Shown: positions 14,770 to 25,909 of the stretch, piece by piece
Layout: every line of letters starts with the position of its first letter
Numbering within the stretch: position 1 is the first letter of the stretch
Notes under the pieces: model-generated
The model's input: the letters and a program-made list of their open reading frames with translations, nothing else
The model's database searches: none
Told to the model about the DNA's origin: nothing
Made by a program: the position numbers and the translations under genes
Assembly (NCBI GenBank): GCA_034780895.1
Contig: JAUZTB010000076.1
Coordinates: 90,501,038-90,565,037 of the forward strand
Source of the DNA: Rhynchobatus australiae
Lineage: Eukaryota
Direction of reading: 5' to 3'
DNA: 64,000 bases

Positions 14770-15600
14770 AGTCATATTCCTCCCCTGGTCAGGCAGATGA
14801 ACTCAAAACATGGATAGGTACATGGTACTGGGATATTACAAAAACATGGTTGAAGGATGGACAGGACCAGGAGCTTAATGTTCAAGTACAGATGCTACAA
14901 GAGTGATAGAAGTGGAGGTGAGAGAGGAGAGGGAGTTGCATTTTTGATTTGGGAGAACATCATAGCAATACTTAGAGAGAATATTCCTGGAGGATTAACC
15001 AGTGAGGATATATAGGTGGAACTTAGAAATAAAGAGGTGTGATCACTTTGATGGGATTGTACTGAAGATCCTCTCAATAGCTAGTGGGAAAAAATATGTA
15101 GGGATATGGTAGATAGCTGCAAGAATAATTATAGGTGACTTTAACTTCCCTAATATTGAATGTGACTGCCATAGTGCTAAGAGCTTGGATGGGAAGGAAT
15201 TTGTTAAATAATATGTCCAGGAAAGTTTTCTTAACCAGTATGCAGATGGCCCTGCTAGAGGAGGGACAATACCTCCTGTTGGGAATTGAGGCTGGGCAGG
15301 TGACAAGTGCCAGTGGGGGAGCACTTCAGGACCAATAACCATAATTCTATTAGTTTTTAAGAAGGTTACATAAAAAAGATAGGCTGATGCACAAATTAAA
15401 TTCCTAAAGTGGGGCAAGGCAAATTTTGGTAGTATTAGAAAGGAACTTGCAAAGTTTGATTGGGAGAAGCTGTTTGCAGGTAACGGGCGCCTGGCAAGTG
15501 GAAGGGTTTTAAAGAGAGAGTCATGGAGGGTTGTTACAGGAAAGGGCAAGTGAAAATATTTGCACTACATGGGTAAACAATAGAGAACAAGAAACTTAAA
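14770..15600 (+). mobile_element. Decayed CR1 LINE, endonuclease region
   Basis: Degenerate ITxTWLxxGQD, RGEGVAFLI, IIGDFNFPNI and DHNSI.F motifs; runs into a gap. Confidence 0.8.
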
Positions 15601-18600
15601 NNNNNNNNNNNNNNNNNNNNNNNNNNNNNNNNNNNNNNNNNNNNNNNNNNNNNNNNNNNNNNNNNNNNNNNNNNNNNNNNNNNNNNNNNNNNNNNNNNNN
15701 NNNNNNNNNNNNNNNNNNNNNNNNNNNNNNNNNNNNNNNNNNNNNNNNNNNNNNNNNNNNNNNNNNNNNNNNNNNNNNNNNNNNNNNNNNNNNNNNNNNN
15801 NNNNNNNNNNNNNNNNNNNNNNNNNNNNNNNNNNNNNNNNNNNNNNNNNNNNNNNNNNNNNNNNNNNNNNNNNNNNNNNNNNNNNNNNNNNNNNNNNNNN
15901 NNNNNNNNNNNNNNNNNNNNNNNNNNNNNNNNNNNNNNNNNNNNNNNNNNNNNNNNNNNNNNNNNNNNNNNNNNNNNNNNNNNNNNNNNNNNNNNNNNNN
16001 NNNNNNNNNNNNNNNNNNNNNNNNNNNNNNNNNNNNNNNNNNNNNNNNNNNNNNNNNNNNNNNNNNNNNNNNNNNNNNNNNNNNNNNNNNNNNNNNNNNN
16101 NNNNNNNNNNNNNNNNNNNNNNNNNNNNNNNNNNCATAAGGGGCAGAAATGAAGAGGTTTAACAGGAGGGGAACTATTTAAAGTAGACAATGAAGTGGTA
16201 AAAACATGGAAATAACAAATGATAAACTTGGGTCAAACTGCCAATTAAAAACACATGCAAATGAACACAAAACAAATTACATGGGCCTAATTGCTCAGCC
16301 ATCATTTGGATATTTGTATTCTGGTATGTGCAGACTACTGCATGAGCAAATATTTACTAGATCAAAAGTCTGTACATTTTACAAATATATATCTATAACA
16401 TTAACAGCAGCCTGAGTACAAAGATGAGAAACAGTAGGTACTGCCATTAACCCAACATGATAACCTGGAATCAAGACTGCATTTCAATTTCGAACACAAT
16501 TAAAATTACATTTTCCAATAAAAATCAATAATGAGAATTGCCAAATGACACAGTTAGTATTACTGATCCACTGCCTTACATTAAGTTTTTAAATTAAAAG
16601 CAAAAGTTAAAAGGAATAATCCGAAAGTAGTGGACAAGCTAAAACTGGGTAAAAAGAAAATAGAAGCTCAATGCAGATGTGCAGCAAAATAGTGGAATTT
16701 GAAAAAAACAAAGCCAATTATCCAAGGTAACCAGCATCAGGTAGTGGGAGAAACAACCAAGACTAATCAAACACTTCAGTGAACTATACAAATCAATTGA
16801 AAGAGATCCATCTCATCAAGCCACAAGTTTTAAGCTTCTTTATTTAGCTATAGTTTGCTGTTGCCTTGCTCCATTGTGCAAAAGATCCCACAACTTGCTC
16901 ACTTAAAAATGTGGGTCCCATTGTGTAGTGAAAAAGATTCTGCTTCTCTCTATTTCCTTGACGAATAAGGTTCAACTACCCTTTTAGCATTTATTAATCC
17001 TCCCCCTCCCACATAGTAAAATGAACATGAAAGTTTTTGGGTGCATGGCTGAATAAGATTTTAGCAGCTAACCAGAACTGGTGAAAATCCCAGCATTCAA
17101 AAAACCTTTAATGTGAAATACAGAACTAATCCAAGTGCTTCCTCCACACCCAACTAGTGATGAAATAGCAAACTGCTGTACACCACCAGCCCCTTCTCCC
17201 CTCGTAGAACTGCTGGATCTGTCCCTCTAGCTTCTTGTGTGATAATTCAAAAACAACCAAGGCAATGGACTCAAATGCAAGCACCTAACACAAATATACA
17301 AATCAGCATTAAAAAACATTGTGAATTTTAGACTGCTACTTTACAATAAGCATTTTCTTTGCTGCAACTTTAAAACCATGAGCTTTGTAGAATCCATCTT
17401 AGGCAATGACAAAGGCATGCCAATTATTCTGCTTTTCAAATACGCCACTGAGAGCCTGAGTAAAAGAAATTAATGGAAATGAGGAAGAAAGTTCACCCAT
17501 ATCCAAACTGACATCTGGCACAAAGTATGTCGGTTATATTTGTGGGAGGTCAATCACCTCAATTCATGGATTGCTCAATCTAGCCCCCAAATACCTTCTG
17601 CAGTTTCTATTGTTTTCCTTCCATCAGCATCAAAAGTAGGGCTCTTTGGAGATTAAGTACTCAGTCCATCCACAAATCCTCAGATAGGGTACTCCATGTA
17701 CACATGCAAAAAGACCTTAATAACATCCAAGTTTGGGCTGTAACATCTATATCACAGGAGCCAACCACCTCCAAAAGAGCATTTAATTACCCCTCCCCAA
17801 CAGTACCTTTGCAGAAGCCTTCAATCTTCAACCATCCTAATGGTCATTACTCCAATAAACAAAATGCTTGGGGATTCAGTGGTGAGATTTTCCAGACAAA
17901 TGAATGTTATTTGTATTAATACCACAACACACTTTAAATTCATTTTTTAAAGAAATGTTACACAGTTTCATAGGAGTGCAAACCCTAGTGCCCAGCAAGT
18001 TTCAGGGAGGTGTGAGAACTTTGGCCACTACTAAGTTCTTATCAGAGTTCTACTGTACTGGCAATTCACACAAAATTGACTGGATACACTAATTCAATGG
18101 GTAACTAGTGGAAGTCAGCGGTTGATTAAATTCTGGTGAGCACTTGNNNNNNNNNNNNNNNNNNNNNNNNNNNNNNNNNNNNNNNNNNNNNNNNNNNNNN
18201 NNNNNNNNNNNNNNNNNNNNNNNNNNNNNNNNNNNNNNNNNNNNNNNNNNNNNNNNNNNNNNNNNNNNNNNNNNNNNNNNNNNNNNNNNNNNNNNNNNNN
18301 NNNNNNNNNNNNNNNNNNNNNNNNNNNNNNNNNNNNNNNNNNNNNNNNNNNNNNNNNNNNCTAAGTGTGATACCAAGTTCATTACTTGTCTGGATGGATG
18401 CAGCTGCACTGAGCAAGCAGGACAAAGCTATCACACAGTCAGCCCTTCATCTTATGCCCCAACCATCTATTCTCTTCAAGAATGAATTTTAATAAATACT
18501 ACAGCAACAAAATACTTTTTTATAATTCTAAGGGTCTGAAGCTGCTGTCAATGTTTATTGCCAAAACTTAATTGCCCTTAAAGATAGCCAATCGCTTGAC

Positions 18601-18604
18601 TTTA

Positions 18605-19040
18605 GAGTCATAGAGGACTACACACAGAAACTGACCCTTTGGCCCATCTAGTCCATGCTGACCTGATCTTCCACCTAATCCCATCTACCTGCACTCAGAC
18701 CATATCCCTCCAAACCCCTCCCATCCATGTACCTATCTAAACCTCTCAAACGTTACAATTGAACCTGCATTTACCATTTCCACTGGCAGCTCATTCCATG
18801 CTCACACCACCCTCTGAGTGAATAAGTTTCCCCTCAGATTCCCCTTGTATATTTCACCCTAAACCCATGTCCTCCAGTTCTAGTGTCACCCAACTTCAGT
18901 GGAAAAAGCCTGCATATGCATTCACCCTATCTAGACCACTGAATTTTGTATACTTTTATAAGATCTCCCCTCTTTCTCCTGCGCTTCAGGGAATAAAGTC
19001 CTAACCTATTCAACCTTTCCCTATAACACAGGTCCTCTGC
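18605..19040 (-). mobile_element. CR1 LINE 3' end
   Basis: Typical shark CR1 tail (gacccttTggcccatctagtcc, ctcaccaccctctgagtg, aagtcctaacctattcaacct). Confidence 0.7.
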
Positions 19041-19939
19041 AGTTCCTGTGGTAAAGGTGGTCCCACAGTGCTAATGGGAAGAGTATTCAATATCCAACCT
19101 GGCAACAATGAAGAAATGGCAGTACATTCCATTTAGAAATTTTGCCACATTTATGCTGCTTACATCCTTCAAGATTATGCATATCCAGGGTTTGGTAATG
19201 TGGTCAATGTCACTTCCCAGAGTTAACTACAGTACATATTGCAAATTGAATAACCATGATCCACATATAGTGGAGGGTATGAACATTTAGGAAGGAAGAC
19301 AGTCTGCTAATGTAGTGGCTACTTTTTCTTGAATGGCATCAAGCTTTCCAAACACTGAGTATCCCAATACATCCCAAAGTGTGCCTTGCAGATGGTGAAT
19401 CTGCTTTGGGAGTCAGGAGTGAGATACTCACTGCCATCTTCCTAGCCTGTCATGCTGTTGCAATTAAGTTTTTGTTCATTGCTGGGGTACTCAGCAATGG
19501 CTACAAGCAGGTAGGAAGGTAAATGGCATGTCCTCTATGGCTAAAGGATTTGAGTACAAGATTGTTTCATCTATCTAAAGCCCTGGCAAGACTCAGCGAA
19601 TGCTGTAGAAAGACTGGTTTCACTACTCAAGGAAAAAGAGACACTTATGATGGAGAGAGTGCAAAGATTCACCAAATTGATTCATAGGATGGCAGGTTTG
19701 TCCTAATAAGGAGAGATTACAATTGTTAGGTATTAAAATGACACAGGGACATGGGGTTACTACAGGAAATTGGCACCAAGTTAAAAGATCAGCTGTGATC
19801 TTATTGTGCAGCCAAGGAGGTACAAGGTGCTGAAGGGTCTACTGCTGCTATTTCTGATATTTTTAAGATATCAGTGTCAGGCATTTGCAAGATGCACATG
19901 TTATTTACCACTTAGCCCATGAAATTCAAAAAAATTGCA

Positions 19940-21000
19940 GGTGCTAGAAAGTCTGCAATAAAAACAAAATTCTGTAAATAGTAGATTAGGCAACATTTAT
20001 GGAAAGAGAAACAGGTACAAAATCCTTTGTCAGAAGGGAGGAGTGGATAGAATAAAGGGAATCTCTCTGAAAGGATGAGGCCAGGGTTTACGTCAGGATA
20101 AGCTGTACTGGTCATGCAGGCCATGGGTTAACAGGCATTTGGAGAGAGAAATGAACAATATGAAAATTGGGTAGCTGGAGAAAAATACAAATAAGTGTAA
20201 AAACTCAAAATGCAAAGTTGACAGACATGCCCAGCAGGTACAGCTGTGCTATTGCAAAGAGAAACTGAACCAATATCACAGATGGCTGAATTACAGCAGA
20301 AGCAGCAGGTTCTGATGCAGACAGAAAAAGTTGGCCTAGTTGATAACCGTGCAGTAGGCCACAGACCAATATATTAGAGTGGGAGTAGGATGAAGAATTA
20401 AAGTGACAGGTAACCCCGAGTCACCTCTGCAGACTAAACACAGGTCCCCCAGCAAAGCAGTCACCCAATCTGTGTTTGATTTGTCCAATGTGGAGACTAA
20501 CACATGGTGACCACCAAATGCAATTCTTTAGGACTACAATATGTGCAAGTGGGCCACTGCATCATCTGGAAGGACTGTTCAGGTCCCTGGATGATGGGAA
20601 AGGAAGAGGTAGTTTTTCATCTCCTGCTGTTGCATGGGAATATGCCATTAAGGAAGTGGTTGATGGGAACAGAAGAATACATCAGGAGTCACTAAGGATG
20701 CAGTTCCTTCAAAATGCTGAAGGCAAAGCAAAAGGAATGTGTCTGGTGGAGGAACCCAGTTGAAATTGGTGGAAAGTACAGAGGATGACCCAGTGAATGC
20801 AGATGGATGGAAACTAAGGACCAGCAGAATTCTATCCTTGCTCTGTGAAAGGGGGTGAAAACAAAGGTGCAGGAAATAAATGAGGTGAAGCTATGGTAGA
20901 AGGGAAGCTATGGTTCGGGAAGACAGACATCTGAATCATCTGTGTGATAAGCCTCATTACTGGAGCAAATTGAGTGGAGACTGGAACTAGGAGAACAGAA
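19940..21000 (-). mobile_element. Decayed Penelope-like element (GIY-YIG region)
   Basis: Minus strand reads QGPEQSFQM....TCT, followed by a frameshifted remnant of the C..C..HIGQ.K.RLGD.FA motif of Penelope endonucleases. Confidence 0.65.
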
Positions 21001-21465
21001 TGGTCCTTGGAGGCAGGAAAGGAGAGAGAGTTGAGATATCACGTTGTCCAGGTTTTGCTGCAAGCAGATACAGACTCTGCTTACACATGGAATAGAACAT
21101 TTGCTATCACCAGCAAACAGCCCATATTTGGCTTTGTTATGAAGGAAGGTCAATGAAACTAATTCAACTAAGGCAAATCACTTCAATACTTGACTCCAAC
21201 TCAGAGACCAGGAAGCATCTACCCTAAACACATCTGCCTGCTTTTTCAAATGTTTACTTCATTCTTTCTTAACTGAGTTCAACTTCATAGCTACTTGGGA
21301 TAAAGCACTTTAACATCCTTATTTTGTTTTCAGTATCAAAATACATATCCCCTTGTTGGCAATTTGTAAGCAGAACTAACTTTTCTATTTATTGTCATAA
21401 ATGCTCAATTTTTAAACTCTCCAGCTTCACATAATCTTTTCCACTCCAATGAGTACAGCCTTATG

Positions 21466-23004
21466 CAGTGGCATGCAAAAGTTTGGGCACCCTGGTCAAA
21501 ATTTGTTACCATGAATAGTTGAGTAGAAGATGAACGGATCTCCAAAAGTCAAAGTTACAGATGAAACATTCTTTTCAACATTTTAAGCAAGACTAGTGTA
21601 TTATTTTGGTTTTGTGCAATTTTAGAGTGAAAAAAAAAGGAAAGGAGCACCATGCAAAAGTTTGGGCACCCCAAGAGATTTGACTCTCAGATAATTTTTA
21701 CCAAGGTCTCAGACCTTCATTAGCTTGTTAGGGCTATGGCTTGTGTTCACAGTCATTGTTAGGAAAGACCAGGTGATGCAAATTTCAAAGTTTTAAATAC
21801 CCTGACTCCTCAAACCTTGTCTCAACAGTCAGCAGCCATGGGCTCCTCTAAGCAGCTGCTTGCACTCTGAAAATTAAAATAAATGATGCCCACAAAGCAG
21901 AAGGCGGCTATGAGATAGCAAAGCGCTTTCAGGTAGCTGTTTCCTCAGTTCATAATGCAATTAAGTTAACAGGAACAGTGGATGTCAAGTTGAGGTCTAG
22001 AAGACCAAGAAAAACTTTGAGAGAACTGCTTGTGGGATTGCTAGAAAGACAAATCAAAACCCCCATTCAGGAAGATTTAGCAGACTCTGGAGTGGTGGTG
22101 CACTGTTCTACTGTGCAGCAACACCTGCACAAATATGACCTTCATGGAAGAGTCATCAGAAGAAAACCTTTCCTGTGTCTTCACTACAAGATTCAGCGTC
22201 AGAAGTTTGCGAAGGAATCTAAACAAGCCTGATGCACTTTGGAAACAAGTCCTGTGGACTGATGAAATTAAAATAGAATTTTTTGGCTGCAATGAGCAAA
22301 GGTATGTTTGGAGAAAAAAAGATGCAGAGTTTCATGAAAAGAACACCTCTTCAACTGTTAAGCACGGGGGTGGATCAATCACGCTTTGGGCTTATGTTGC
22401 AGCCAGTGGTACGGGGAACATTTCACTGGTAGAGGGAAGAATGAATTCAATTAAATACTAGCAAATTCTGGAAGCAAACACCACATTGTCTTTTAAAAAA
22501 AAAGCTGAAGAAGAAAAGAGGATGGCTTCTACAACAGGATAATGATCCTAAACTCATCTCAAAATCCACAACAGGCACAAGCTGAAGGTTTTGCCATGGC
22601 CCTCACAATCCCCCAACCCAAACATCATCGAAAATCTGTGGACAGACCTCAAAAGAGCAGTGCATGCAATACAGCCCAAGAATCTCACAGAACTAGAAGC
22701 CTTTTGAAAGGAAGAATGGGGGAAAATCCTCCAAACAAGAATTGAAAGACTCTTAGTTAGCTACAGCAAGCGTTTACAGGCTGTGATACTTGCCAAAGGG
22801 GGTGTTACTAAGTACTGACCGTGCAGGGTGCCCAAACTTTTGCTTTGGGCCCTTTTTCTTTTTTGTTATTTAGAAACTGTAAAAGATGGAAATAAAAAGT
22901 AACCTTGCTTAAAATATTAAAGAGATGCGTCATCTTTTACTCACTTAGCTATTCACAGTACCAGAGATTTTGACCAGGGGTGCCCAAACCTTTGTATGCC
23001 ACTG
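21466..23004 (+). mobile_element. Tc1-family DNA transposon (IR/DR, DD34E), near full length, transposase disrupted (copy 1)
   Basis: Termini CAGTGGCATGCAAAAGTTTGGGCACCC ... GGGTGCCCAAACCTTTGTATGCCACTG|TA. Internal direct repeats near 21652 and 22826. Transposase motifs RPRK, LWTDE, KHGGGSI, QQDNDPK and IENLW, from ATG 21838 to TGA 22818, with frameshifts and stops. Confidence 0.95.
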
Positions 23005-23840
23005 TAGCTGGATACTGAATGACAGGAGCATGTGTGGGTAACCCCTGGATTACTGATCTTTTTCTGACTTAAGGTAAATAAAGGGATTCAGATATTTTGT
23101 AATCTACAATCATTCAAAACTAAATGCATAGATGTGTTGACAACGGATCTGCACACCAAAGCCCCGTAAGTTCTAATTCTTCAAAACTTGTTGGGGCCTT
23201 TCTGAGCACTAATCAATGCCTTTAAAGGCCCTAGTGGGTGTATGGAATAGCTGTGTGTGTCAAGTTGCCTCAATACCACATGATAGTTTATCCACAAATT
23301 CAACACTTTTAGGGTGATGAAGACGAAGATTAAAACTTGCCAATGATTCTGGATGAGAAACCACTGAGTCTAGAACCAAAATGTTTCGGTCCTTACTGTA
23401 TGTTCAGTTAGGTGATCACATCAGAGCAGTAGGTGGATGCTACTGCAAGATGGGGAAGGAAAGAAATATTCAGGGCTCCTACTCAACAACCACAAAAAAT
23501 GCTTGTGGTGTTAGTGGCATTCACTGTGTAGGCTCACACGGAAGTGACCAACTGGTTGGGGTACCAAGGCTTGTGCAAACACACATCAGAATGTTACAAA
23601 ATTTTACCAACACAACTCATATAGTATGACCACGTCAAGTATAAACTTACAAATGCATTGTGGCAGGTAAGGAAATACAGTAAATGAGAATACTCCACAT
23701 TTATTTTATATTGCTGAAAATTCAGTAAAACACTAAATGCGATTTGATTTGTTGAAATAGTTCTCAACACTTTCCAAAACCATTTGTTCCACAACATCAG
23801 TAAGGAGGGAGGGAGAGACATAGTTAGTGGACCAGTACAC

Positions 23841-23957
23841 CTGCCTGTTGCTCCTTCGATGACATCTGCTTTGCTCCCACAAGAGCCACCTTGCTTGCTC
23901 TCTTACTTCGTGCTTTTTATGCCGCAAAGCAAATGCTTCATCTGAAGTGTCCTCTAA
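23841..23957 (-). other. KANSL1L: Isolated exon-like segment resembling the KANSL1L (NSL complex) PEHE domain
   Basis: Translates LEDTSDEAFALRHKKHEVREQARWLLWEQSRCHRRSNR(Q), close to the recalled KANSL1L EDLSDEVFSLRHKKYEEREQARWSLWEQSKWHRRNSR. Preceded by the acceptor cctgtcttgcag and followed by AG|gcaggt or CAG|gtgtac donors. Confidence 0.75.
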
Positions 23958-24244
23958 CTGCAAGACAGGCAATGACCAACAGAAGTTAGTATCTTGTTCC
24001 CAATTAGGTCCTATTAAAACACTTCTAGAAATCCACCAAGAGAAAAGTTTTTGAAGACTAAAGATACAGAAAATGCTGTCTATATCCAAAGCCCGTGAAA
24101 AGAGTGCAATAGCTTAAGAACATGCAGTGGATGGGGAAGAGAGGNNNNNNNNNNNNNNNNNNNNNNNNNNNNNNNNNNNNNNNNNNNNNNNNNNNNNNNN
24201 NNNNNNNNNNNNNNNNNNNNNNNNNNNNNNNNNNNNNNNNNNNN

Positions 24245-24764
24245 AACAGGATAATGATCCTAAACACACCTCAAAATCCACAATGGACTACCTCAAGAGG
24301 CACAAGCTGAAGGTTTTGCCACAGCCCTCACAGTGCCCTGACCTAAACATCATTGAAAATCTGTGGATAGACCTCAAAAGAGCAGAGAGCAGTGCACGCA
24401 AGATGGCCCAAGTATCCCACAGAACTAGAAGCCTTTTGCAAGGAAGAATGGGCGAAGGTCCCCCAGAACTGAAAGACTCTTAGCTGGCTATAGAAAGCGT
24501 TTACAAGCTGTGAAACTCCCCAAAAGGGAGGTGTTACTAACTACTGACCATGCAGGGTGCCCAAACTTTTGCTTTGGGCCCTTTTCCTTTGTTATTTTGA
24601 AACTGTAAAAGATAGGAATAAAAAAGTAATCTTGCTTAAAATATTAAAGGAACATGTCATCTTTAACTTGATGCCTTTTGGAAATCAGGTCAACTTTTAC
24701 TCGCTTAGCTATTCACAGTAACAGAAATTTTGACCAGGGATGCCCAAACATTTGCATGCCACTG
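24245..24764 (+). mobile_element. Tc1 right-hand fragment (copy 2), begins at a 100-N gap
   Basis: [34 protein letters not shown] (D-34-E), followed by the right terminal repeat ending GCATGCCACTG. Confidence 0.92.
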
Positions 24765-25909
24765 AACTTGTCTCTTACAACTATATCCCAAACCCTTATG
24801 CAATTTTAGTGAAACTATATTGCACTGTAATATGGCTAAAATGTTTATAATTTAGAGCCAATAACTCAAAAGCAGATTATTTTACAACATTCTCCTTTTA
24901 CTTCTAGCCTCCATCCCCATTTACAAAGTTGTAGAATCATGTGTCCTTTTTTCACCTGGCATTTGCATTGGTTGCAGTCCTTAAGCAAAGTTTCAATGCA
25001 ACCTGAATTTGTAATTAGAGATCAACTTATTGCTACAAAGTGAAACTTCTTGATTAATGGACTTCAATTTACTCAGAAATGCGCACTAGCAATTCTGAAG
25101 GAATGTTATCCGAATCCTTATTTACAGAATTCTACTGCTACCTGCACAAACTATATAGGTCTGACCTGTTGGTCTGATTACAAAGGCATTACAGACCATT
25201 CAATGCAACTGCTCTATGCAAACAATTATGCTCTTGACAATGCTCCTTATTTCCCACTCTACTTTTTCTAGTTTGTACTAGTCTAGCCTTCCCAATCGCA
25301 TGCACCTGGACATGGTGCAAATTCCACAAACTAACCATACTCAGCACAAAGAAGTTTCTTAATTCCTTATTGCATTTAGGAACCAGAGTTGTGGTTTTTC
25401 TTTCCACATACATGAACTTCTTTTCAATATCTAGCCTATTAAACCCTATATAATTTTACAAAAGTCTCATTAGGCAATTGATCTCTATTTACAATATCAT
25501 AGGAGATTATACAGAAGTGTTTTCAATATAAAAGCCAATCAGGTTCCACTTTTATGCAACTACTTATGTTATATTTTATAAATTATAACCCACAGACAAG
25601 ATCACAAAACAGCAATATGCCATGCATTGAAAAATCAAGAGAGATTTCCATTACAAATTGAGTACATTCTAAACAGGAAGCTCATTAGCAGTTCACAGCT
25701 CAAAAACTTAAGACAGAAACTTCAGCAGTTCAATTTATAGATGGAACTCATCGGTGCTCCATTACAGGGTTCCACTCAAAAGCAGACTGACTTAAGATAT
25801 TAATACTTCTATGATGCATGACTTAAAATTTGAAACTAAATCAGCACACATTAGATGGATTTAATCTTTNNNNTTTAATGTACCAATGTGCAATGTCAGC
25901 AACACTTAC

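Noticed and set aside
2365-18492. Long ORFs in the track at 2365-3153, 10311-10860, 15534-16190 and 18089-18492
   Set aside because: They consist almost entirely of N runs translated as X.
23395-23445. Strong acceptor near 23444 as a second KANSL1L-like exon
   Set aside because: Downstream frames hit stops quickly and show no recognisable similarity.
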